A stretch of 63,763 nucleotides of DNA, counting the filler, from an uncultured Methanospirillum sp. (GTDB lineage Archaea; Halobacteriota; Methanomicrobia; Methanomicrobiales; Methanospirillaceae): NCBI GenBank assembly GCA_964637135.1. It is 4 parts of 3 records of this genome, joined end to end, with 100 filler letters (N's around TTAATTAATTAA, not from the genome) between each part and the next. Parts side by side here need not be neighbours in the genome. Positions count along the whole stretch, not along the records: positions 1 to 4,296 come from CAZWTX010000011.1; positions 4,397 to 6,744 come from CAZWTX010000011.1; positions 6,845 to 37,991 come from CAZWTX010000031.1; 1 more part is not named here. The stretch is one strand, 5' to 3'. Made by a program: the position numbers and the translations under genes. This document shows positions 1-8,844 of this stretch, in pieces. Position 1 is the first letter of the stretch. Each line of letters starts with the position of its first letter. The notes under the pieces were generated by a model. It saw nothing but the letters and a program-made list of their open reading frames with translations. It made no database searches and was not told the DNA's origin.

Positions 1-942
1 TGTTCATACGAAGCACGGAAATTCGGTGTCCATTCAGGAATGCCGATCTCATCGGCATACCGGTGCTGCCCGGGTGGTGTATATATAAGGCCGCAGATCC
101 CGCGGTATGCCGAAGTCTCCCGGTCGATCATGACCATCATCGGGAACCTGGCCCCTGATATGGAGCAGGTAAGCATTGATGAAGCATACCTCGATCTCTC
201 CGGGACGGGATCATACGAAACGGCCACCGCGGTTGCGGGGGAGATCAAAAAAGCAATCCGTGAGGAGGAACGGCTGACCTGTTCCATCGGGATTGCTCCG
301 TCCCGCAGTTATGCGAAGATGGCTTCAGATATGCATAAACCGGACGGCCTTGTCATCATTCACCCGGATACCCTGAAGGACCAGATCACCGGGCTTTTAG
401 CAACAAGCATTCCTGGTATCGGGAAAAAAGCCTGTTCCATCCTGGATGAAAAAGGGATCAGGACTATCGGGGATCTTGCCGGAACAGACATTCAGACTCT
501 CCAGGAGATATTCGGGTCGGCTGCTGTCGCACTGCACCGGATTGCATCAGGGGAAGACGACACCGGGCTGAATAATCCCGGACCGAGAAAATCAATCGGA
601 CGCGAGATCACCTTTCCGGAAGATACCAATGACGAAGAGATTCTCATTGCAACCCTGGATCAGCTCGCCGTCTCAGTCCACCTGGATCTTCTGATCGAAT
701 CGATGGTATATAAGACACTGACCATAAAGATCCGGTATTCCGGATTTATAACAACAAGTCATGCCCGTTCCCTGCACCGGCCGACTGATTCTTTTACCCG
801 GGTACGGAACGGGGCACAAGACCTTTTTCAGCAGAACTGGACCGGGGAGCCGGTCAGGCTGATCGGGGTGAGACTGTCCGGACTCAGCTCCCCGGAGCCA
901 TTCCAGAAAAAGATCCCGGATTTTTTTCCTGATTCAGAATAA
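1..942 (+). CDS. dinB: DNA polymerase IV (Y-family, DinB/Dbh), 5' end outside the window
   Basis: Frame is open from base 1 (CSYEARKFGVHSGMP...). Motifs SIDEAYLD, AKMASD..KPDG and IPGIG, with a little-finger domain ending VRLIGV. Confidence 0.95.
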   Translation, partial: CSYEARKFGVHSGMPISSAYRCCPGGVYIRPQIPRYAEVSRSIMTIIGNLAPDMEQVSIDEAYLDLSGTGSYETATAVAGEIKKAIREEERLTCSIGIAPSRSYAKMASDMHKPDGLVIIHPDTLKDQITGLLATSIPGIGKKACSILDEKGIRTIGDLAGTDIQTLQEIFGSAAVALHRIASGEDDTGLNNPGPRKSIGREITFPEDTNDEEILIATLDQLAVSVHLDLLIESMVYKTLTIKIRYSGFITTSHARSLHRPTDSFTRVRNGAQDLFQQNWTGEPVRLIGVRLSGLSSPEPFQKKIPDFFPDSE

Positions 943-1033
943 CATCCCGGGAATAATCTCAGTAGTATTATATAAAATCATCAGTAATAGAAAATACAAG
1001 TATTGATAATCCAGATGGGGACACATTACTACT

Positions 1034-1345
1034 ATGACTGGGGAAGGGGGGTATTTTGAGAAGGGACGATGGGTTGATGAACCTTCTCAACCGGAAACAG
1101 GCGATTCAGAGGCAGAGTCGCCACAACCCGATATCGATAACCGTATCAGGGATGCAACACAATCCGTTGTCACCGGGGTGAGTGATCTGCTCAGGCTCGG
1201 GCATGATCTTATCGCTACCGAAGAGGGCAGGGATCATCTCGATAAAAAAATCGGGAAAAGTGTCCGCAAACTGGAGGAGGTCTGTGATGAACTCAGCCAG
1301 GAAGCAGAATCGCTCATCAGCCGGATACGAAAAAAGATCAGTTAA
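1034..1345 (+). CDS. Hypothetical protein (103 aa, helical C-terminus)
   Basis: Clean ORF after an AT-rich promoter-like spacer (TTATATAAA near 969-977); protein-like composition. Confidence 0.7.
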   Translation: MTGEGGYFEKGRWVDEPSQPETGDSEAESPQPDIDNRIRDATQSVVTGVSDLLRLGHDLIATEEGRDHLDKKIGKSVRKLEEVCDELSQEAESLISRIRKKIS

Positions 1346-1398
1346 TAACTGTCAGATGAAGGTATTGCCCGGACAATAACCATCTCATTATACTAACG

Positions 1399-1641
1399 AT
1401 GCCCAAGTGGTTGGATCTTGGAACCCAGGTCGTAAACCTGGATTATATCGAGAAGTTTGTGGTAGTTGAGGTCACGAAAGACCGGAAGGGCCAGGTTATC
1501 GTTGAAAAAGCGATTCTCAAGGCCCAGATGAAAAACGGTGAGGCTATCAACATCGCCGCATTTAAAAACCGGATGGATGCCGTTACCTGGATCAGAACCC
1601 GGCTTCGTAACAGTGAAGAGAAGGTTATCCAGGTCAGATAA
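1399..1641 (+). CDS. Hypothetical protein (80 aa)
   Basis: ORF co-oriented with its neighbours, with globular protein composition. Confidence 0.7.
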   Translation: MPKWLDLGTQVVNLDYIEKFVVVEVTKDRKGQVIVEKAILKAQMKNGEAINIAAFKNRMDAVTWIRTRLRNSEEKVIQVR

Positions 1642-1717
1642 CCAAAGCATCAGACGACAGAGAATACCGAAAACCGGTTTGCGAAATTATTTATGCGTCC
1701 GGTGTGAGTGAAGATGC

Positions 1718-2629
1718 ATGAGTAAGGGTAATCCCGTGCCCCTTGATGTTCCAAAAGACGCTCAGAAGACATATCTTGAGAATCTGAAACTGATCACTCA
1801 TGATTCCGGACGCCTGATGCTTTTTGCCGGCGATCAGAAGATTGAACACCTGAACGATGATTTTTTCGGAACAGGTATCCACGAGGATGATCATGATCCA
1901 GAGCATCTCTTCAGAATTGCCGCAAAGGCAAAGATAGGTGTTTTTGCCACCCAGCTCGGACTGATCGCGAAATACGGGGGAGACTATCCGGATGTTCCGT
2001 ACCTCGTCAAGATCAACTCCAAGACCCATCTCGTCCCGACCACCCAGCAGGAACCATTCTCAAACACCATCACCACTGTTGAAAAGGTGGTCAGGTTCAG
2101 AAAGTCAAGCGGCCTGAAGATCGCCGGGATCGGATTCACCATATACCTCGGATCTGAATACGAGGCACAGATGCTCCAGCAAGCCGCACAGGCGATCTTT
2201 GAAGCTCATCAGAACGGACTCGTCACGGTTCTCTGGATATATCCGCGTGGCAAGGCAGTCAGGGATGAAAAGGATCCCCATCTTATCGCCGGTGCTGCAG
2301 GGGTTGCTGCCTGTCTTGGATCCGATTTTGTGAAAGTCAATCCGCCAAAGAAAGAAGGGGCCTCTTCTGCCGAACTGATCCGGGAAGCCACACTTGCAGC
2401 AGGAAGAACGAAAGTAGTCTGTGCCGGCGGATCAAGCGTTGACGGAGCAGTCTTTTTACGCCAGCTCTGGGAGCAGATCCATACTGGCGGGTGTGCTGGA
2501 AACGCAACCGGAAGGAATATTCACCAGAAATCCCTCAAGGAAGCCGTCAGGATGTGCAATGCCATCTATGCCATCACGGTCGGGAATACTTCGGTTGAGG
2601 AAGCGGTGAAGATCTATGAATCCGCCTAA
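1718..2629 (+). CDS. fba: Class I fructose-bisphosphate aldolase (DhnA family)
   Basis: Motifs FAGDQKIEH, WIYPRG, Schiff-base Lys in DFVKVN, CAGG and GRNIHQ. Confidence 0.9.
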   Translation: MSKGNPVPLDVPKDAQKTYLENLKLITHDSGRLMLFAGDQKIEHLNDDFFGTGIHEDDHDPEHLFRIAAKAKIGVFATQLGLIAKYGGDYPDVPYLVKINSKTHLVPTTQQEPFSNTITTVEKVVRFRKSSGLKIAGIGFTIYLGSEYEAQMLQQAAQAIFEAHQNGLVTVLWIYPRGKAVRDEKDPHLIAGAAGVAACLGSDFVKVNPPKKEGASSAELIREATLAAGRTKVVCAGGSSVDGAVFLRQLWEQIHTGGCAGNATGRNIHQKSLKEAVRMCNAIYAITVGNTSVEEAVKIYESA

Positions 2630-3661
2630 AAAAAAATAAAAACGATAGGTCTCCTCACCGGCGGCGGTGACTGCCCCGGGCTGAATGCCGTTATCAGGGC
2701 GGTCGTAAAAACAGCGATTAACTACGATTATACCGTCATCGGCATCAGGAACGGGTGGAAGGGAATAATCGAGGGGCAGGTCGAACCCCTTACCAGTTTT
2801 TCAGTAACCGGGATTCTCCCGAAAGGGGGAACGATCCTCGGAACTTCCCGGACAAACCCGTTCAAAAAAGAAGAGCATGTCCAGCAGATGCTCACAAATA
2901 TCAGGAAATTCGGAATAGATGCCATTGTAGCCGTAGGCGGGGATGATACCCTCAGTGTTGCGTTCCGCCTCCATGAGAAGGGAATCCCGGTTGTCGGTAT
3001 TCCGAAGACAATCGACAACGACATCTCCTGCACCGATTATACGTTCGGGTTTGATACGGCAGTCTCCATCGTAACCGATGCCATCGATCGGCTGCATACC
3101 ACCGCAGAGTCCCATCACCGGATCATGGTCCTTGAGGTGATGGGAAGACATGCCGGCTGGATAGCAACCATCTCAGGAATTGCCGGAGGTGCCGATCAGA
3201 TTCTGATCCCTGAAGTTCCCTTTGATATCGAGGAGATCTGCGACGGCCTTCGGAAACGCTGGGATGCCGGAAAAACGTTTTCCATCGTGGTCGTCGCAGA
3301 GGGGGCACGCCCGAAAGATGTGGATGAGGTCTCGCTGGCATCGGTCCGGGTTGACGAGTTCGGGCATGAACAACTCGGGGGTATCGGCCATATCGTCGGA
3401 AGGGAGATCGAGAAACGGATCGGGGCCGAAACGAGGGTCACGGTTCTTGGCCATGTCCAGCGGGGAGGTACCCCGACGGCACATGACCGGGTGCTTGCCA
3501 CACGGTACGGCGTCAGGGCAGTCGGCCTCCTCCACGAGAACCAGTTCGGGATGATGGTTGCCCTGCAGGGTGACCGTATCGTGCCGGTTCCCCTCTCCGA
3601 TGCTATCCGGGAGAAGAAAGTGGATATGGAACTCTACGAGATTGCCAGACTCTTCTTCTAA
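2616..3661 (+). CDS. pfkA: PfkA-family 6-phosphofructokinase with a PPi-dependent signature; the start region contains a frameshift in an A9 run
   Basis: Frame 2 from 2630 reads KKIKTIGLLTGGGDCPGLNAVIRAVV...GGDDT...PKTIDND...EVMGR...LGHVQRGG. The only nearby ATG (2616) is in another frame and stops at 2637. One extra A in the run 2628-2636 would give MNPPKKKIKTIG. Confidence 0.9.
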
Positions 3662-4296
3662 CTACTTCCCGATTTTTACCAGGATCTCCTCGAGGCTCGG
3701 ATACCTGGACTCGATCCGTTCAACCGTTCCTCCCCGCCCGGTGATATCCAGGGTCATCGCATTCAGATCGGTAATTGACCTGACGCTGATGAGCCAGAGA
3801 TGATCATGCAACTGCGCTCCTTCAGGCGGAACCGCATCATCGGGAAGGATAAACCAGATCTCGTACCTGATTGATCCGAACTGTTCTCGGAGTTCAGGCA
3901 TCGTGCCAAGTACCATCTCCCTCCCCCTTCGGAGGATGAGAACATGGTCACAGATCTCCTCGACCTGGTTCAGGTTATGTGCCGAGAGGATGATGGTCTT
4001 CCCCTGCATACGCAGTTGTTTCAGGTATTCGATAATGAACCGGCTCGTCATGGGATCGAGGCCTGACCCAGGCTCGTCATAGATCAAAAGAGAGGGGTCA
4101 TGGATCAGGGATCGGGCAATGGCAACCTTTCGTTTCATCCCTTTTGAGAGGTTCCCGATCATCTTCCCCTCAGGATTCAGGGACAACTGGGTAAGGAGCA
4201 GATCAGCCCGTGCATCGATGGTCATCCGGTCAAGCCCGTAGATCTCCCCGAAAAACCGGAGATACTCCGGGACACGCATTGTCTCATACAGACGGG
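3662..4296 (-). CDS. ABC transporter ATP-binding protein (5' part lost in the contig gap)
   Basis: Signature LSKGMKRK, Walker B LLIYDEP..GLDP and H-loop SAHNL; the frame stays open up to the gap. Confidence 0.9.
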
Positions 4297-4396
4297 NNNN
4301 NNNNNNNNNNNNNNNNNNNNNNNNNNNNNNNNNNNNNNNNTTAATTAATTAANNNNNNNNNNNNNNNNNNNNNNNNNNNNNNNNNNNNNNNNNNNN
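4297..4396. other. Artificial contig linker (N44-TTAATTAATTAA-N44)
   Basis: All-frame-stop 12-mer at 4341-4352 embedded in Ns; the same construct recurs twice more. Confidence 0.97.
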
Positions 4397-4972
4397 GACA
4401 AGGACTATGCCGGGATTATCACCTTTGAGTCAGGTGCGACGAGTGCAGCATACCTCTCCCCTGACAAGAACCGGGTGAGTGAGAAACTGAAAGCGATTGC
4501 CCCGAAAGAAGGAAGCACCGCCATCGGTGACGGACTGGCCCTGGCCATCGACATGGCAGAATCGATCCCGAACCGGAAGAAAGTAGTTATTCTCCTCTCT
4601 GACGGGGTGAACAATGCCGGGGTCATCAGCCCTGAACAGGCGATGCAGTTTGCCCGTGACCGGGGGATCCAGGTCTTCACGGTAGGCCTTGGCTCAGAAG
4701 AGCCGGTGATTCTCGGGTATGACTGGTTTGGTACCCCCCAGTATGCGATGCTTGACGAGGAGATTCTCAGGCAGATTGCAGATGATACCGGTGGAAAATA
4801 CTTCAAATCGGTTGATGACCGGACGCTTGGTGAGATCTACAGCAACCTGAACACAGAGATCAAACGTGAGAAGGAGGAGACAAGTGTGAAAGACTGGTTC
4901 TTTGGAGCAGCATTGGTTGTTCTCTGCGGTGAAGTGCTGATGCGGTACGGACGAAGGAGGATAATCCAATGA
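4397..4972 (+). CDS. von Willebrand factor type A domain membrane protein (BatA-like), 5' partial
   Basis: GSTAIGDGL, ILLSDG.NN, VFTVGLG and LRQIA..TGGKYF motifs, with a C-terminal TM helix; frame is open from the gap edge. Confidence 0.88.
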   Translation, partial: DKDYAGIITFESGATSAAYLSPDKNRVSEKLKAIAPKEGSTAIGDGLALAIDMAESIPNRKKVVILLSDGVNNAGVISPEQAMQFARDRGIQVFTVGLGSEEPVILGYDWFGTPQYAMLDEEILRQIADDTGGKYFKSVDDRTLGEIYSNLNTEIKREKEETSVKDWFFGAALVVLCGEVLMRYGRRRIIQ

Positions 4973-6609
4973 AGCAACTTATTCTCGTTCTCCTCCTATT
5001 CACCCTTGCCCCGCAGGTACTGGCACAGACCGGGGAGATCACCCTTGGGACGGAGCAGGCTGAATATTCGTTCCTCATCGGTGAAGAGGGACGCATTCCC
5101 TTCGATATTGAAAGTACCTACCAGAACACGATTGTCGGGACGCTCGAGTATGACCTGACCAGTTCAGAGGAGGACGCAGGATTCTCCTTCACCCAGACAA
5201 ACAGTCAGTCGCAGACCTTCCCAGTCCAGCCCGGTCCGTCGAAGAACGCGATTACCCTCACCTCCCCCGATCCTGCCGAATACGAGATCAGCCTTTCGCT
5301 TCATTACCGCGACCAGGGAAAGGAATTTGCGGCAGAACTGCCGCCGGTAAAAGTCCATTTCGTCCGCGACCATTCGGAATTTACCCGGAACAGTGAGTCA
5401 CTGACTTCCACGACCGCTGAGGTCTCCGGCCAGGGATCACAATCCTCGGCATCACAGGCCGCCCGGCAGATGGAAGACCAGATGAATGCGATCAGGTCAG
5501 AACAGCAGCAGATGATGCAGCAGTTCTTCTCTCCCGGGACATCCTCCTCATCCGGTCAGAACCAGCCGCAGAATATCCAGCAGGCCCTGCAGAACGGCCA
5601 GATGAATGCCCCGGCAGGGAGTCTCCAGCAGCAGCTTGCGCAGGAGAGCGAAGAGAAACGGGCAGAACATCAGCGTGCCGCCGAAGCCCTCTCCTCTGAT
5701 CCGCTCGTGGAAGAGATGGCAAGACAACTGCAGGATGACGGATTTAACCAGACCGGGGGATCTATGCAGCCGTCCGGGACGAATTCCGGGGCATTTTCCG
5801 CATCTTTCACCGCTGAGGACGGGAGGACAGCAGAGATGACCGGTACCTACCGGAACGGAACGGTCAGCTCGCTCACTACGACCTCGAACCAGTCACTTCC
5901 CCGGCCGGCAGGGCTCCTGAACGATGCACAGTACCAGGAGGAACGATCAGATCTTGAGCGTTTGTCTTTCAACCAGACGGCGGAAACCATCTCGATGAGT
6001 CCGAATGAGACGGTCGTCAGGCAGGAGTTCAAGGACCCGGATGGCAACAATGCCACCATAACTGCAACGATTGTCAACGGAACCCTGACAGACCTCACGG
6101 TGGAACGTGACCGGCCGGTCTGGTCATACTGGATTATCGGCGTGCTCCTTCTCGTGCTCCTGATCCTTATATGCCTGGCACTCCTGTACCGGTATCTCCG
6201 TATCCGGGCCACACCTGACCAGGCAGAAGGTCCCGTTCCTGTTGAGGAACCAGCCCCTGATTATTCGTCAGAGGTCACGGATCTGCTCGCCAGGGCTGAA
6301 AAAGCCCTCGGAGACGGGGACCTGAAGACTGCCTATGTCCTGACCGGACAGGCATTGCGACTGTATGTTGCCATTACTGCAGGAACCGGCTCCGCCGGGA
6401 CGAATGACGAGACCATCGCCCTTTTGAAGAGGCAGGCTTCCCGGTCTCGTTCAACCCGGGATTTTCAGGATCTTCTGGCCCGGTGTGAACTTGTTGAATT
6501 TGCACGGTACGAGGGATCCAGCGATGAGGGAAGAGATTTCATCCGGAAGGTGAGAGCATTCACCGGGGAGACCACCCCCGGAGAAAATCCCGAATCAGGG
6601 GAGCGTTAA
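4969..6609 (+). CDS. Membrane-anchored secreted protein, probably part of the VWA operon
   Basis: N-terminal signal peptide, Gln-rich linker, a TM helix (WIIGVLLLVLLILICLALLY) and a helical cytoplasmic tail; ATGA overlap with the VWA gene. Confidence 0.8.
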   Translation: MKQLILVLLLFTLAPQVLAQTGEITLGTEQAEYSFLIGEEGRIPFDIESTYQNTIVGTLEYDLTSSEEDAGFSFTQTNSQSQTFPVQPGPSKNAITLTSPDPAEYEISLSLHYRDQGKEFAAELPPVKVHFVRDHSEFTRNSESLTSTTAEVSGQGSQSSASQAARQMEDQMNAIRSEQQQMMQQFFSPGTSSSSGQNQPQNIQQALQNGQMNAPAGSLQQQLAQESEEKRAEHQRAAEALSSDPLVEEMARQLQDDGFNQTGGSMQPSGTNSGAFSASFTAEDGRTAEMTGTYRNGTVSSLTTTSNQSLPRPAGLLNDAQYQEERSDLERLSFNQTAETISMSPNETVVRQEFKDPDGNNATITATIVNGTLTDLTVERDRPVWSYWIIGVLLLVLLILICLALLYRYLRIRATPDQAEGPVPVEEPAPDYSSEVTDLLARAEKALGDGDLKTAYVLTGQALRLYVAITAGTGSAGTNDETIALLKRQASRSRSTRDFQDLLARCELVEFARYEGSSDEGRDFIRKVRAFTGETTPGENPESGER

Positions 6610-6744
6610 GGGAAATACAGACAAATATTTCTTTTCCCGGGGTGAGTCCCGGGGTGAGCGGTTTTCGATCACCTAAACCCCTTGTTTTCCACTGGAGAAT
6701 GGATCTCCATTCATCTTTATCCTGAAAGAAATCCCCGGTATCGG

Positions 6745-6844
6745 NNNNNNNNNNNNNNNNNNNNNNNNNNNNNNNNNNNNNNNNNNNNTTAATTAATTAA
6801 NNNNNNNNNNNNNNNNNNNNNNNNNNNNNNNNNNNNNNNNNNNN
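6745..6844. other. Artificial contig linker
   Basis: TTAATTAATTAA at 6789-6800 within Ns. Confidence 0.97.
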
Positions 6845-6913
6845 ACCAGCGTTCTGTAAGATAGTGCGAGCTTCATACTCTGCAGCACGGCCCGCAATGT
6901 AGCGGGCAGACAT
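6845..6913 (-). CDS. N-terminal fragment of an Hjc-like (PD-(D/E)XK) nuclease / Holliday junction resolvase
   Basis: Not in the ORF track. Translates as MSARYIAGRAAEYEARTILQNAG..., matching the Hjc N-terminal pattern Y..G...E.....L...G; runs into the gap. Confidence 0.6.
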
Positions 6914-6917
6914 AATC

Positions 6918-7220
6918 TCACCGGTTGAATAGCGCCCGCAGGATTTTTCCAAGCCTTCCCCGTCTGGGACCGGAAAGAGGCGAGTGACAGATCATAGCAT
7001 GGATCAACCCGTTAACTATCCTACCTTCTGGAACACGAATAGTTAAATGCTGGTGCACTTTTTGAAGGATTTCTATAAAAAGGGAACCGGTATGATCAAT
7101 CCTACCAGTGTGATTCATACCACCAACCTTAAAAAGGGGAAGAGTAAGATCAAAGCAAGCTCCCCGCAACTTCTGAGATGTGGTAATTGACTGAAGGCTG
7201 TGGGGGCTTCTATTCTGCAT
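6918..7220 (-). CDS. Hypothetical protein of the integrated element (start uncertain: 7220 or 7118)
   Basis: Part of ORF 6918..7331; packed tightly between the 48-aa ORF and the Hjc-like start. Confidence 0.4.
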   Translation of the reverse strand: MQNRSPHSLQSITTSQKLRGACFDLTLPLFKVGGMNHTGRIDHTGSLFIEILQKVHQHLTIRVPEGRIVNGLIHAMICHSPLSGPRRGRLGKILRALFNR

Positions 7221-7356
7221 GGGGCATTCCCTCCGGTCTACGTATGGTAATTGCCCGTTTCTTTTCCAGGAAGTCGCCAAGCCCATAAAACCCGGTCCGG
7301 GTCTCATACGCTTCGATGACCTCGTAATCAAAAATAGGTGGATTCAAGCTACTCAC
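7210..7356 (-). CDS. Small hypothetical protein (48 aa, GTG start)
   Basis: Below the ORF-track cutoff: (M)SSLNPPIFDYEVIEAYETRTGFYGLGDFLEKKRAITIRRPEGMPHAE*; overlaps the next start. Confidence 0.5.
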   Translation of the reverse strand: MSSLNPPIFDYEVIEAYETRTGFYGLGDFLEKKRAITIRRPEGMPHAE

Positions 7357-7415
7357 CAACCGCTTAAATAGCGGTCATACTAAAGTAGCATTATTACAAT
7401 ATTTAATTCTTATTC

Positions 7416-8621
7416 CTATTTTTGACGCTCTAAAGTGTCGATATATTCTATCAAAAGGTGTTTCTTTTCAAGTAAAAATTCTTGGAACAATTGATCCGAC
7501 TTAACCGAGTCAGGCAATAGCCCTTCTCCACAAACATGACAGTACCGGCTGTCCGAACCATTGATCTCCCTGCAATTGGGGCAGACTATCGGTTCCACAC
7601 ATCCGGACAGCTGCTGTGATTCAACCGGAATATTATTGAGTTTCAGCACTTCCCGGTCGATATCAGCCCCGGAGAGATGAGCATACACCTCAAACATATT
7701 GGTAGAGACCGACCCCCACATCATCATTTTAATGACCGACTCGCTCATGCCGCTCTGGATGAGATGGGTGATGCGGGTATGCCTGAAGATATGCAGGGTA
7801 AATTTCTTCTTGACCCCTGCCTTCTCTGCAGTCTTGGCGATGATCTTCTTCATGGCGTTGTAGGTCAGCTGCTCCCCGGTCTTTGAAAGAAATATCAGGT
7901 TCTCTCCGGTCGGTGAGCCGGGATACTCGGACCGCCATTTCATCAGGGACTCCTTGGTCAGCACCAGCCGGACATACCGGTCAACCCCGGTCTTGAAGTT
8001 GATGTTGACAATCACTCCATTCTTATCAATGCGGATATTATGCCATTGTATCTGCCCGACTTCTCCGATTCGGAATCCTCCCTCATAGAGGAAGGTGATC
8101 AGGCACCGGTCCCGGAGGGTATCAGTCGCTGCAATGAGGGCTTTCACCTCTTCCGGGCTGAGCAGGTCTTCCGGCGTCCGCTTGGTGGCACCCTTCCGGC
8201 TGGGGACCTTAATACTGTTCAGTTTGGCCAGGGGGATTGTAGAGAGTTCTTCCTCGATCATCCACCGGTAAAACTGCTTGAGAATGGCTACGTGGTCGGC
8301 AATGGTATGGACCGCAAACGGCCTGCCATCCTTGGTGGTCCCGTTCTTGATCTGCTTGACTGCTTCATACAGATCATAAATGGTCAGGCCCCTGAAGGGG
8401 GGAATGAACCTTCGCCAGTTTACCAGGGTGTACGTGAGTTTCAGCTGCCGTTTGAGCTTGATATCATCCACGATTGAGCACCGGGAGATGAACATCCTGA
8501 TGAGCTGAGCATCATCTGCGGTAATCAGTCCGGAAGAAAGGGCTTTGGAGAGTGATTCCTCTCCACTGGTGGATTTGATGGAGTGAAAAGAGTCAGATAG
8601 CGTAAGATGAGGGGAGGCCAT
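7416..8621 (-). CDS. Tyrosine recombinase/integrase with a C-terminal zinc ribbon
   Basis: Catalytic residues in GFRIGE (R), FKTG (K), HIFRH (HxxR) and FEVYAHL (Y); C-terminal CPNC...CHVCG. Confidence 0.95.
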   Translation of the reverse strand: MASPHLTLSDSFHSIKSTSGEESLSKALSSGLITADDAQLIRMFISRCSIVDDIKLKRQLKLTYTLVNWRRFIPPFRGLTIYDLYEAVKQIKNGTTKDGRPFAVHTIADHVAILKQFYRWMIEEELSTIPLAKLNSIKVPSRKGATKRTPEDLLSPEEVKALIAATDTLRDRCLITFLYEGGFRIGEVGQIQWHNIRIDKNGVIVNINFKTGVDRYVRLVLTKESLMKWRSEYPGSPTGENLIFLSKTGEQLTYNAMKKIIAKTAEKAGVKKKFTLHIFRHTRITHLIQSGMSESVIKMMMWGSVSTNMFEVYAHLSGADIDREVLKLNNIPVESQQLSGCVEPIVCPNCREINGSDSRYCHVCGEGLLPDSVKSDQLFQEFLLEKKHLLIEYIDTLERQK

Positions 8622-8684
8622 GAAGAAAAATCCTACCTCATTGCGTAAGAATTTTTCCTTAGGCTCTAGGCCTCCTCGGCCTGA

Positions 8685-8757
8685 AGCCTCAGCCGAGATT
8701 TGAACTCGGGACCTGTTGATTACAAGTCAACCGCTCTGCCAGCTAAGCCACTGAGGC
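8685..8757 (-). tRNA. tRNA-Thr(TGT)
   Basis: Reverse complement GCCTCAGTGGCTTAGCTGGCAGAGCGGTTGACTTGTAATCAACAGGTCCCGAGTTCAAATCTCGGCTGAGGCT folds into a cloverleaf with anticodon TGT; CCA is not encoded. Confidence 0.97.
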
Positions 8758-8844
8758 GCGGGAACAGGTTTCTCACGATATGCAATAAACCTACCTCATC
8801 AGACCAATGTGCTTTTCCCTCCTGCCACCAGACCTGTTCTCTCA

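Larger units (their letters stand above)
6845..8684 (-). mobile_element. Proximal end of an integrative element or provirus at the 3' end of tRNA-Thr; cut off by the contig end
   Basis: A tyrosine integrase starts 64 bp after the tRNA 3' end, followed by an AT-rich spacer and small co-oriented ORFs including an Hjc-like nuclease. No second att copy is present in the window. Confidence 0.75.

Noticed and set aside
4297..4396. TTAATTAATTAA palindrome recurring at 4341, 6789 and 38036
   Set aside because: Always centred in N runs of identical length; it is an artificial all-frame-stop contig linker, not biological sequence.
6635..6658. 12-bp tandem duplication (TCCCGGGGTGAG x2) near a contig end
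   Set aside because: Only two copies, with no spacers or transposase; too little to call a CRISPR, iteron or IS end.
4397..8621. VWA operon as cargo of the tRNA-Thr element
   Set aside because: An artificial contig join at 6745-6844 separates them, so adjacency is not established.
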